From a virus: a DNA stretch of 64,000 nucleotides. Within the stretch, counting starts at the first letter, position 1; each line of letters opens with the position of its first letter. The DNA lies in the IMG/VR virus record IMGVR_UViG_3300033412_000010, positions 3,346-67,345 of that record; one strand, written 5' to 3'. The notes beneath the pieces were generated by a model. The model searched no databases, was not told the DNA's origin, and worked only from the letters and a program-made list of their open reading frames with translations. The position numbers and the translations under genes were made by a program. Shown here one piece after another: positions 55,690-64,000 of this stretch.

Positions 55690-56202
55690 GTGGCATGGAA
55701 CGAAGAACAAAAGGCTCGCAGTGGAGAATTTGTAGGCTCCAAAAAACTTGCGTGGCGGCTCTCGAATCAGAAAAGGCTCAAGTCCGCATTTCCAAAAGCA
55801 GAACAACGATTCTGCAAGGTGATCGACAAGTTGTGCTCTCATTTGAACGGCTCTTGCAAGTCGTTGCTGCGGTATCAACGACAGAAGTTATTCTCAATCG
55901 ATTCAGAAATATGCTTCTACGTCGATTTCTACTTCAAGGCGTGGAAGTTGGCTGTAGAAATCGATGGTGACTCACATTCCAGCGCCGATGCGAAAGAAAA
56001 GGATCGATGGAGAGAGGCGATGATTTCTTCGAATGGAATTCTCTTTCTTCGATTCCACAACAATCGCATTGAAACCGATGATTGGTGGAACATCGAGGAT
56101 GATTTCTTGAGGGCCGTGTTCTCGACGCCGGAGCGTGCCAGCATGAAGACAACGCTGAGAAATGGGTTGTCATCTCTGAGTTCCCGTGGCCGTCCGTCGT
56201 GA
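55690..56202 (+). CDS. DUF559/Vsr-like (very-short-patch-type) endonuclease
   Basis: KAEQRF, FYVDFY...LAVEIDGDSH, EKDRWRE, GILFLRFHN. Confidence 0.85.
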   Translation: MAWNEEQKARSGEFVGSKKLAWRLSNQKRLKSAFPKAEQRFCKVIDKLCSHLNGSCKSLLRYQRQKLFSIDSEICFYVDFYFKAWKLAVEIDGDSHSSADAKEKDRWREAMISSNGILFLRFHNNRIETDDWWNIEDDFLRAVFSTPERASMKTTLRNGLSSLSSRGRPS

Positions 56203-56226
56203 TGCTTCTGTAGGCTGAGAAATGTT

Positions 56227-56252
56227 TGATCCAATACGGCTGATCGTGCGTT
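56227..56252 (+). promoter_or_regulatory. TGATCC-N16-CGTT motif
   Basis: TGATCC 56227-56232, CGTT 56249-56252. Confidence 0.7.
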
Positions 56253-56297
56253 ATTCGGCCGTGTCTCGTGTTCTCAATGCTTCAGGGGGATTTGCAA

Positions 56298-56573
56298 ATG
56301 GAAAAAGAAGTTGCGGTCATTTCGTCATCGTCGGAAGGCTATCGGATTCGGATCAGCGCGGAACAGCATTGGTTTCCAAACGGAATCGCATTGGCTGAAG
56401 CGCATGCGGTGCTGCTGATTGAGTTCGCCGCTCTTAAGGCAAGGATCAACGATTTTGACGAACTCGTGGATTCCTACGCAGATAGCAGTCCGATCAGCGA
56501 TTGGCAAAAGGCATATACCAACCTGATCGGTGAGGTCAACGCCATTGTCGGCAAAAGCGAACGAATGTTTTGA
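56298..56573 (+). CDS. hypothetical protein
   Basis: MEKEVAVISS...; GGGGGA RBS. Confidence 0.65.
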   Translation: MEKEVAVISSSSEGYRIRISAEQHWFPNGIALAEAHAVLLIEFAALKARINDFDELVDSYADSSPISDWQKAYTNLIGEVNAIVGKSERMF

Positions 56574-56589
56574 ATCAGGGAGTGCTTCG

Positions 56590-57252
56590 ATGCTACGCGG
56601 AAACGTCATGGGCTCATGGGATCTTCCAAAGATCAGTTATGAGCTCTCAGCCATCAAAGGCAAGGGGCCGCTTGGCCGGATTCGAACGCTTGGAACAGTC
56701 TTGCGATACGGTTTCTTGTGCGGTCGCATGACCGGTGGAAAGGTGACAAAAGTGGACGTCGACGGCATGGTTGAGAAATGGATGAAGGCAATCATTGGAA
56801 TGTCTCTGGCACACTCGAAAGACGAGTTCGACGCTGAAGACGCGAAGTCAGACGAACTGATGACTCCGCTTTTGACGGCTCCGATCAAGCAGGTCAGGGA
56901 GTTCTACCAGAAACTTCGGGACGGTCTGAAAGCGAATCCCCAAGTCCCGATGCTGGTATGGATGGGATTCGAAGCGTGGGGCGAAATCGAGATTGACAAG
57001 TCCGTCGATGACATTGGGATCAAGCGGCTGAAAACGAAACTGGCCGGCGAGATTGCCGATATCGTGGAATTGCCGATTCGCGACCAGATCCCCGAAGCGA
57101 TCAAGAGGGCATTGCGCTGGCGCGATCCTCAGACGCTGGAAGCTGTCAAGGAAACTCTTCAGGCCGGGGCAAAGCCGAAACTTGTCGGGCGTCAAAGCTG
57201 TCTGTTCCTGGAAGGGGGCAAAGGCCGGAAGAAATTCAGCGTGATGCTATGA
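56590..57252 (+). CDS. hypothetical protein
   Basis: Long open + strand frame; GGGAG RBS. Confidence 0.7.
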   Translation: MLRGNVMGSWDLPKISYELSAIKGKGPLGRIRTLGTVLRYGFLCGRMTGGKVTKVDVDGMVEKWMKAIIGMSLAHSKDEFDAEDAKSDELMTPLLTAPIKQVREFYQKLRDGLKANPQVPMLVWMGFEAWGEIEIDKSVDDIGIKRLKTKLAGEIADIVELPIRDQIPEAIKRALRWRDPQTLEAVKETLQAGAKPKLVGRQSCLFLEGGKGRKKFSVML

Positions 57253-57929
57253 TCCTGATCGACGGTAAAGAGTGGCGCCCGATCGCGTTTGTCGACGAAT
57301 TGGTTCAAAGGATTCTGGTTGACGAAAAAACGGAAACGCGGCGGATTGCTCGAGTCTTGCCAAACCGACCGTTTCCAAAGTCGCCATACGGAAAGCCTGG
57401 CGATCGGCTTTGGGTCCGGGAATCGTTCGCGACGTTCCAACTGGTCGAACAGTCGGCGGCCGGGGTTCCGTGGGGCTTGGCTTCGTCGAAGATCGAAGAC
57501 GCGGACTTGGTTGTCTTCCGGGATGGGTCGATCAAATGGCGTCCGGGAAAGACGGTCGAAACGCGCGTCCATGTCCAAGTCGCGCGGTTGGCTTCTGCGA
57601 TGGTATCGGGTTACACATTCCGGCCACCGATGCACCTGCCATTTTGGGCGCATCGAATTGACCTGGAAGTCAAAACGGTTCTGGTCGAACAGTTGCAGCA
57701 GATCACGGAAGAGGCGGCGATTGCGGAAGGCTTCCAGCTTCGGGGGGACAAATATGATCGACCGATTTATGCGCGGGAGCAATTTCGGAACAAATGGAAC
57801 GACATCAACGGAGGCCGGAAAGACGCGCAGGGGCGGCCGGTGAAATGGGACGACAATCCGACGGTTTGGGTTGTGACTTTCGAACGGATCAAATCGCGAG
57901 ACGCTAAAGATTCCGCGGAGAAGAAGTGA
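57249..57929 (+). CDS. conserved phage protein (ASCH/PUA-like)
   Basis: KTETRR, PYGKPGDRLWVRES, QITEEAAIAEG, WDDNPTVWVVTFERI. Confidence 0.78.
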   Translation: MILIDGKEWRPIAFVDELVQRILVDEKTETRRIARVLPNRPFPKSPYGKPGDRLWVRESFATFQLVEQSAAGVPWGLASSKIEDADLVVFRDGSIKWRPGKTVETRVHVQVARLASAMVSGYTFRPPMHLPFWAHRIDLEVKTVLVEQLQQITEEAAIAEGFQLRGDKYDRPIYAREQFRNKWNDINGGRKDAQGRPVKWDDNPTVWVVTFERIKSRDAKDSAEKK

Positions 57930-57952
57930 TCCGATCGAAGATCCATTCCGTT
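57927..57952 (+). promoter_or_regulatory. TGATCC-N16-CGTT motif
   Basis: Begins at the TGA stop of the upstream gene; CGTT 57949-57952. Confidence 0.7.
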
Positions 57953-58039
57953 ACTTGACAAATCAGGGTCAAAAGTCGGCATCGCTTAACACGCACAACG
58001 GGGCAAGAAGCAGACTCACTCAACTTGCGGGAAGCAATC

Positions 58040-59710
58040 ATGGCGAAGAAAGCATCACGTCGAGAAATGGCTGAAGCAGAAACCGAAGGCGAAGACGGGC
58101 AGTACAATCTGCTGATTCAAAACATTGGGCCGATTGAACTGGCTCGATTCCCATTTCAGCCGGGCCGAATCACTGTTGCCTATGGTTCGAACGGCGCCGG
58201 TAAGTCGGAATCTCAGGCGGCATTTAACGCTGTAGCCGGTCTTGGAACGGACGGCGTCACCGTGCGCGACGGTTGCGAAGCAGGCCGAATCTCCGGCTTC
58301 GGCCGTGAGGTCAAGTTCACGCTGAAGCGATGCACGCCGACCGGGGAAATCGGTGTCTATGTCATCGAGGAAGGATTCTCGCTGGCTCGATTCGTGCGGC
58401 CTGGCTTCAAGGATCCTGCGGCGAACGACCGGCAGCGGCTGAAAGACTTAGCGTCAGTGCTTGGAATCGAGATCCCGCAGGAAAAGGTCTGGCAACTCGT
58501 CGGGGGCTTCGAGGAAGAGCGACGGAAGATCGAAGAATCAGACGAGCCGATCGACAAAAAGGCCGAAGCGCTTACAGTAATCAAGGCCAAGGAGCGCAAG
58601 GTCTATAATGCGATCGTCTCCGAAAAGACGACCAAGGCAAAGGATCCTGCCGAATATGTCGCTGCTCTGAAAGCTGACTGCGACCGCGTTGCGCTCGAAA
58701 ACGAAAAGACGGTCCTGATCCTCAAATCAGAAGCGAACGGACTTGAAGACACTCTGCCGAAGTTTCCCGAAGGAACCGTCACGGATGCCGAAGTCCTATC
58801 GGCCAAACTCGCTGACGCAGTCCAGGCGAAGCGCGAACTGGAGCGAAGGAAAGAGACTGCCGACGATGCCGAACGGCTCGCAAAAGAAGCGGAACGCATC
58901 ATGGCAGCCGGTCAGGGACAAACGCCGGAAGCGGCAGAACAATTGATCGTCGCTGCCAAGGCGGAGATCGACGAATCTGAAAAGCTGATCCTTGAAGCGG
59001 AAGCGATACTCAATCGGGAAAGAACTCGGTTGGAAGGGCTGAAGCGACGGCTTGCTGATGCCGAGAAAGCGAAGCAGGAAGCGATCGGCAGACAACAGGA
59101 GATCCAGGGAGCCCGTGCCGCGTTGCAGCAGAAAATCAATCGACCGTCCGATACAGAATGGTCGACCGCGGAATCAGCAATCAAGGCGGCTGAGGAAGCT
59201 TTGGCGCTCGGCTCGAAGATCCGTGAAGCCGACAGAACTCGGCAGATAATCGCAGACAAGCGTGCGGAAGCGGACGAGATCGCAGCCGAAGCTGAAGCGT
59301 TGAGAGCCGCAGCGAAAGGCGTCGTCGGTTTGCTGGTCGAGCCAATCAATGAGCTTCACTGCGGGATTGAGATCGATGAAGCGAATCGTTTGGTATTCAC
59401 GGAGCATCCGGTTCGCGGCCGATGCTATGTTGAAGAGCTAAGTTCCGGGGAGGCGTGGACATTGGTTTTGAGACTGCTCGTAAAAGTCGTCGGAAATGAC
59501 ATCCCGGCAATCGTGTCGATCGAGCAAAGCGCGCTCGAAGGTCTTGACGGTATTGCTCTCAAAATGTTCGTCGATGAAGTTGCGAAAACGAAGTTGATGC
59601 CGTTTGTGGCAAAGGCAACGGCGAAAGAACTTGAGAACGGCGAACTGGTCAGAGAACCTGTTTTCGGAAAGCTCGTCGATCATTGGCGGGATTTGGCGCG
59701 GTCCGTGTGA
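58040..59710 (+). CDS. SMC/RecF-like AAA ATPase with long coiled coil
   Basis: IQNIGPI, GSNGAGKS Walker A, coiled coil, LSSGEA signature, IEQ Walker-B-like. Confidence 0.78.
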   Translation: MAKKASRREMAEAETEGEDGQYNLLIQNIGPIELARFPFQPGRITVAYGSNGAGKSESQAAFNAVAGLGTDGVTVRDGCEAGRISGFGREVKFTLKRCTPTGEIGVYVIEEGFSLARFVRPGFKDPAANDRQRLKDLASVLGIEIPQEKVWQLVGGFEEERRKIEESDEPIDKKAEALTVIKAKERKVYNAIVSEKTTKAKDPAEYVAALKADCDRVALENEKTVLILKSEANGLEDTLPKFPEGTVTDAEVLSAKLADAVQAKRELERRKETADDAERLAKEAERIMAAGQGQTPEAAEQLIVAAKAEIDESEKLILEAEAILNRERTRLEGLKRRLADAEKAKQEAIGRQQEIQGARAALQQKINRPSDTEWSTAESAIKAAEEALALGSKIREADRTRQIIADKRAEADEIAAEAEALRAAAKGVVGLLVEPINELHCGIEIDEANRLVFTEHPVRGRCYVEELSSGEAWTLVLRLLVKVVGNDIPAIVSIEQSALEGLDGIALKMFVDEVAKTKLMPFVAKATAKELENGELVREPVFGKLVDHWRDLARSV

Positions 59711-59776
59711 ACTGCTCCGCAATTGGGTGATCGTCTGTCTGAGAAATCTTGAACCCGGTTCAGTGAAGGTGTTCCA

Positions 59777-60091
59777 ATGAAAAAGCAAAGCGTATCGAAG
59801 ATCCTGGAACTGATCCTGGAAGAAGTCGAAGCCGGCCGGCTGCCGGGTCCAGAATTGATTCGGCAAGGCCGGTCATCGTTGCGAGCGGTAACGAGGTCGT
59901 TGAAGGCGGCGACGGACGCGGCGGCGGCAAGTGGCAAGTCAGGCAGGAAGCCGACGTTCGACCGGGAAGCAATCAAGGTCTATCTGCGGAAGCATCAGGA
60001 CGCGCCAGTCCAGGAATCGGCCGACAAGTTCGGTTGTTCGACGACGTTGATTTCAATTCTGCGGCAGGAAATCAAAAAGGAAGCGAACTGA
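59777..60091 (+). CDS. HTH DNA-binding protein
   Basis: PVQESADKFGCSTTLISILR. Confidence 0.6.
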   Translation: MKKQSVSKILELILEEVEAGRLPGPELIRQGRSSLRAVTRSLKAATDAAAASGKSGRKPTFDREAIKVYLRKHQDAPVQESADKFGCSTTLISILRQEIKKEAN

Positions 60092-60092
60092 A

Positions 60093-60326
60093 ATGGCGCA
60101 TCGTGTGAAAGTCGAATGCCGGTTCGTCATCGAAGTTGAAATCGACATGCCGATCGAGGAACTTGAGTTCTATGTTGAAGAGAACAGTTGCCCTGGAACT
60201 GGCAGAGTTGGTTCTGCATTGGAAGAGCACATGGCGGCGCACGAAGCGGCATCAACCTGTTGGGCCTGCGCTCTCCAGGGTGAAAACAAGATACTTGAAA
60301 TCGATGGCAAGCCGGTGAGCGAATGA
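60093..60326 (+). CDS. small hypothetical protein
   Basis: 77 aa with CPG...CWAC. Confidence 0.6.
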   Translation: MAHRVKVECRFVIEVEIDMPIEELEFYVEENSCPGTGRVGSALEEHMAAHEAASTCWACALQGENKILEIDGKPVSE

Positions 60327-61201
60327 GATTCGGTTCTGTCTGTTCTGGAATAGAAGCAGCCTCTCAGGCGTTCTGTCCGCTCGGTTGGAAGGCGGCATGG
60401 TTCTCAGAGATCGAACCGTTCGCGTGCGCCGTGCTGAAGTATCGGCATCCGACCGTGAAGAATCTCGGCGACATGACTAAGCTTCCGAAACGGATCCTAT
60501 CAGGTGAAGTCGAAGCTCCAGACGTTCTGTGCGGGGGTTGTCCCTGTCAAAGCTTCTCTTTTGCTGGCCTTGGCGAATCTCTCGATAATGCGCGCGGTCA
60601 ACTCACTCTGATCTTTTGCGAGATAGCCGATGCAATTGACGCTGTTCGACAACGAGCCGGATTGCCTGCCTGCATCGTCTTCTGGGAAAACGTCGAAGGG
60701 GTCTTGTCCACAAGAGACAACGCATTCGGATGCTTCCTTGGAAAGCTCGGTGGAGACAATCAGCCGATCGAACCGGGGCCGAAGCCGGAAGCAGGGAAAT
60801 CAAGTCAGTTCTGGCGATGGGCAAAGCCTGACGAATCTTGCCCGGTCTGGCGTCATGTTCCGAAGTGGCCAGTCGCAGGTCACGTTATGGGGCCGACAAG
60901 ATCAATCGCGTGGCGAGTTCTCAATGCTGAATTTTTCGGTCTGGCACAACGGCGCAACCGTGTGTTCGTTGTTGGAAGTGCTCGAAAGTGGTTCGATCCC
61001 GTCAAGATACTTCTTGAGTCCGAAGGCGTGCGCCGGGATTCTCCGCCGTGCAGAGAAAAGGGGGAAGTCGTTGCCGGAACCCTTGAGAGTCGCGCTCGAG
61101 GCGGTGGCTTTCCGGGGACAGACGCGGCATGCAGCGGAGCATTACAGCCAGTTAGAGTTCATCCCCGAAGTCTCTTCGCCCCTGATGGCGCAAGCGAATG
61201 A
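60323..61201 (+). CDS. C5-cytosine DNA methyltransferase, alpha polypeptide (motifs I-VIII)
   Basis: FGSVCSGIEA (I), GCPCQSFS (IV), ENVEG (VI), QRRNRVFVV (VIII); lacks IX/X. Confidence 0.88.
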   Translation: MRFGSVCSGIEAASQAFCPLGWKAAWFSEIEPFACAVLKYRHPTVKNLGDMTKLPKRILSGEVEAPDVLCGGCPCQSFSFAGLGESLDNARGQLTLIFCEIADAIDAVRQRAGLPACIVFWENVEGVLSTRDNAFGCFLGKLGGDNQPIEPGPKPEAGKSSQFWRWAKPDESCPVWRHVPKWPVAGHVMGPTRSIAWRVLNAEFFGLAQRRNRVFVVGSARKWFDPVKILLESEGVRRDSPPCREKGEVVAGTLESRARGGGFPGTDAACSGALQPVRVHPRSLFAPDGASE

Positions 61202-62177
61202 AACGGGCGGCGATCGTCCGCCTGGCTCAACAGTCGATACAGTTGGGCAACCAGTTGCCCAAGCGTTGCGCGGTGAAGGGTTTGACGCCAGTGAAGATGG
61301 AACCGGGCGTGGCACGCCCATCGTCCCCGTTGGATTCAGAGTTCACGGCGAAAACAGCGTTGCAATGAACAATCTGGCAGGAACAGCAAACGTTGCCGAT
61401 CAGGTCGAATCAGTCAGAGCTTTGGATTCAAAAGGCGGTTACTCGGCGAGTCAGTGCGGAAACATCGTCATGCAGCCGATCGCAGTGAATGCACGACAAG
61501 ACCCCGATTCATGGTCGGGCCGAATCGGCCCGCTGGACTCGCTTGGTTCGACGCATGCGATATGTCAGGCGATACCGTTCGATACAACTCAGATTATGAG
61601 TCCTGGAAATTGGAGCGTTCCCAAGGCCGGGGACGCATGCCATCCGTTGGCGGCGACTGCTCATATTCCAGCAATCGCCTTCAGGGCATGCGGACAAGAT
61701 GGCTTTAAAGCAGGTGAACAATCTCCGCCGTTATGCGCGAGTGATGGCGGCGGAACCGTGCCAACTGTTGCGTATCAGTGTCAAGGTTCAAACGTCGGCG
61801 AGATGGGAGCATTGAGGGCCGGGAACGGAAATGAGAGCGGCGGTGTTCCATTCGTGTTTCAAACACGTTGCAGCAGAAACGACAGAGGATTGCCAAGCGA
61901 AGTCGTTCCGGCGCTCACTTCCTGCGAAGGCGGGAGTCATGCAGACACGAAGCCTCATGTTGCAGGCGGCGGTTATGTGGTCCGAAGATTACTTCCAATT
62001 GAGTGCGAAAGATTGATGGGATTTCCAGACGGGTGGACGCTCGTGAAATATCGCGGCAAGCCGGCAACCGACGGACCTCGCTACAAAGCAATCGGGAATA
62101 GCTGGGCGATTCCATGCGTGCGTTGGATCGGCGAACGAATCGACGCCTTCGTGAAAGGCATGGAAGATTCCGTTTGA
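60630..62177 (+). CDS. C5-cytosine DNA methyltransferase, overlapping beta polypeptide (TRD, motifs IX and X)
   Basis: YFLSPKACAGILRRAEKRGK segment, repeated TRD-like units, VRRLLPIECERLMGFPDGWT (IX), YKAIGNS (X). Confidence 0.82.
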   Translation: MQLTLFDNEPDCLPASSSGKTSKGSCPQETTHSDASLESSVETISRSNRGRSRKQGNQVSSGDGQSLTNLARSGVMFRSGQSQVTLWGRQDQSRGEFSMLNFSVWHNGATVCSLLEVLESGSIPSRYFLSPKACAGILRRAEKRGKSLPEPLRVALEAVAFRGQTRHAAEHYSQLEFIPEVSSPLMAQANETGGDRPPGSTVDTVGQPVAQALRGEGFDASEDGTGRGTPIVPVGFRVHGENSVAMNNLAGTANVADQVESVRALDSKGGYSASQCGNIVMQPIAVNARQDPDSWSGRIGPLDSLGSTHAICQAIPFDTTQIMSPGNWSVPKAGDACHPLAATAHIPAIAFRACGQDGFKAGEQSPPLCASDGGGTVPTVAYQCQGSNVGEMGALRAGNGNESGGVPFVFQTRCSRNDRGLPSEVVPALTSCEGGSHADTKPHVAGGGYVVRRLLPIECERLMGFPDGWTLVKYRGKPATDGPRYKAIGNSWAIPCVRWIGERIDAFVKGMEDSV

Positions 62178-62205
62178 AATCTTCGGAATTATCCGAACGA
62201 ATTTG

Positions 62206-62230
62206 TGATCCGTCTGCGAAAACGTGCGTT
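62206..62230 (+). promoter_or_regulatory. TGATCC-N15-CGTT motif
   Basis: TGATCC 62206-62211, CGTT 62227-62230; 50 nt before ATG 62281. Confidence 0.6.
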
Positions 62231-62280
62231 GAATAAGGCCAAGTTCGATCCTCAAACACTCATTGTTTCGGCGGAAGCAG

Positions 62281-62739
62281 ATGTCAATCAACAGTCAGTA
62301 TTCAAATGCTGAATCGGCATTACATCATGCCTTCGTCGGACCGTCTTCTCTTTGTTCCGTCGTCTGTGAGTGCGGTCGTTGTTATTTCGTCACGGCGCGC
62401 GGGCACGGTGATTATGACGATGGCGAACTGGACGGATACAAGTCGAAAGCCGAAAAGGATCCAGACAAGTACGTTGAATGTTGGGCTTTCGATTGCGTAG
62501 ATCTGGTTCGGATCGGCAATCGAGAACTGGTCATTCAATGCGCCTGCGGTGAAGCCCGGAGGTATCTGGAATTCTTCGAACAGAACCGTGACCAGTTGGC
62601 TGATTTCATAGCCGAACGACTGAAAGAAGAAATTGGCGAACTGGAGCGGCAAATAGAACATGCGCGGCGGCGTTCTCGCGCGATGGACGATTGGAATCGG
62701 GCCCGAAGCCCGGATTATTTCAGGGGATCGGGAATATGA
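62281..62739 (+). CDS. hypothetical Cys-containing protein
   Basis: CECGR, CACG motifs; C-terminal coiled coil. Confidence 0.65.
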   Translation: MSINSQYSNAESALHHAFVGPSSLCSVVCECGRCYFVTARGHGDYDDGELDGYKSKAEKDPDKYVECWAFDCVDLVRIGNRELVIQCACGEARRYLEFFEQNRDQLADFIAERLKEEIGELERQIEHARRRSRAMDDWNRARSPDYFRGSGI

Positions 62740-63845
62740 AATTGACCGTCAATCGGCTTTCGTTTTTGAAGGCGCTGCAAACTGCGGACAGAGCGGTTCC
62801 AGTCCGAACAATGAAGGATATTTTGAAAAACGTCAAATTGGTGTCGACGACGAATCAGATCGTCTTGACGTCAACGGACGGTGAGATCAGTCTTCGAATC
62901 GAAGTCGCAGACGTCACGCTGGCGGATGGCGGCGAATGCCTGTTGCCGACTTCACGACTGATTCAGATCCTGAGTGAATTGACGAACGATGCCGAAGTTC
63001 GGTTCGACATCGACAATCGGGAAATCTGGATTCGCGGCGGCCTCTCGGAGTTCAAGATACTGACGGAAGATCCGCGAGAATTTCCACCGGTCGCGACGTT
63101 CACTGACGAAGCCTATTTCAGAATGAATAGTTCCGACTTGAGGAGACTTATCAAACGAACGATCTTTGCATCCGACAGCGAATCGACGCGCTATGCTCTC
63201 GGCGGGATTCAGGTCGAGTTCGCGAATAGTCTGGCCATCTTTGCGGCGACTGATTCAAGACGTTTGGCAGTCGATCAGGCGCCATGCGAGAAAGTCGGGT
63301 CACCGTTGCCGCCAAGCATTCCGCCAGTCGTCCCGCAGAAGGCGATGAAGCTTTTACTGTCACTCGCCGAAGATGAAGGATTTGCCATGATTGCCTTCAA
63401 TGCGAATGGCTTGTCCGTCAAAGTCGGCTTGGCGGTCCTGACAACTCAGTTCGTCCAGGGGCGATTCCCTGACTGGCGGAAGGTCATGCCGACGTCGGCC
63501 GAAGTGACGATCGATCTGGTCTGCGCGCCATTCTTCGGTGCGATCAGGCAAGCGATGATTATGAGAAACGAAGAGTCCCGTGCGATTGACTTCTCATTTT
63601 CAAAGGGCAAGCTTCGGCTGAAGGCTGAAGTCGCGGACATGGGGGCCTCGAAGATCGACATGCCGATTGCCTATGACGGTGCTGGCATGGAGATTTCATT
63701 TGAACCGCAATACTTCGCCGACTTCCTGAAAGTGTTGGACAGCAGCCAGCAGGTTCAGTTGAAGTTGATTTCGAAGGATGATCCCGCGCTTCTGCAGATT
63801 GATGACTATCGGTGCATTATCATGCCGTTGTCGAGAGATAAATGA
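62736..63845 (+). CDS. dnaN: DNA polymerase III beta sliding clamp
   Basis: LTSTDGEISL, RYALGG, ATDSRRLA, QGRFPDWRKVMP, CIIMPL motifs; ~369 aa. Confidence 0.92.
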   Translation: MKLTVNRLSFLKALQTADRAVPVRTMKDILKNVKLVSTTNQIVLTSTDGEISLRIEVADVTLADGGECLLPTSRLIQILSELTNDAEVRFDIDNREIWIRGGLSEFKILTEDPREFPPVATFTDEAYFRMNSSDLRRLIKRTIFASDSESTRYALGGIQVEFANSLAIFAATDSRRLAVDQAPCEKVGSPLPPSIPPVVPQKAMKLLLSLAEDEGFAMIAFNANGLSVKVGLAVLTTQFVQGRFPDWRKVMPTSAEVTIDLVCAPFFGAIRQAMIMRNEESRAIDFSFSKGKLRLKAEVADMGASKIDMPIAYDGAGMEISFEPQYFADFLKVLDSSQQVQLKLISKDDPALLQIDDYRCIIMPLSRDK

Positions 63846-64000
63846 TGAACGCGAATCAGGAAGTAACGAAGGCGACGATTGAGTTCGAAGGCGTTCCTTG
63901 CACTGTCTCGCGAACTTCAGGGAAACGTGGCCGGGCCGGAGCGAAAGCAACGCTGCATGCTGTGCGAGGACTTCATTCGCCGCGGCAGGTTTTGGATGCC

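Noticed and set aside
55283-56226. Group I or group II intron around the DUF559 gene
   Set aside because: Only loose resemblance (CTGAGAGACCA, GGTGCAAGTCC); no S element or domain V recognised and no interrupted host gene. Left for Infernal to decide.
1-64000. Integrase, att sites, repressor/lysogeny module, rRNA/tRNA, CRISPR-Cas
   Set aside because: None recognised; lifestyle and genome ends cannot be determined from this window.

Overview
The window is a 64-kb segment of a tailed dsDNA (siphovirus-like) phage or prophage genome, coded almost entirely on the + strand. No host housekeeping block, integrase, att site, rRNA, tRNA or CRISPR array was found. Gene order: terminase small/large subunits; Mu-like head module (DUF935-like portal, gpF-like head morphogenesis protein, protease/scaffold, decoration protein, major capsid) interrupted by accessory islands; non-contractile tail (tube, chaperone with -1 frameshift, 893-aa tape measure, tail-tip proteins); tail-accessory block mixed with a sugar-modification set (GT9 glycosyltransferase, FkbM methyltransferase, HldC-like and HldA-like ADP-heptose enzymes); recombination/replication genes (CsrA, RecE-like, Bet/RecT, initiator, DnaC-like, RusA); helicase and DNA methyltransferases; an atypical lysis/envelope block; more early genes; and a sliding clamp. 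A Planctomycetota host is my impression from protein style only and is unverified. Strongest unexplained signals: (1) a bipartite TGATCC-N16-CGTT motif found 14 times, resembling an ECF-sigma promoter regulon; (2) an A_AAA_AAG slippery site plus stem-loop that would fuse portal to gpF by -1 frameshifting; (3) ADP-heptose synthesis and transfer genes next to three Gly-Ser-repeat tail paralogs, suggesting virion protein heptosylation; (4) a ~360-nt highly structured non-coding region directly before a DUF559/Vsr-like endonuclease; (5) a pseudoknot-like leader before the replication initiator. All family assignments are by motif recognition, without database searches. Many start codons were re-chosen by RBS context.
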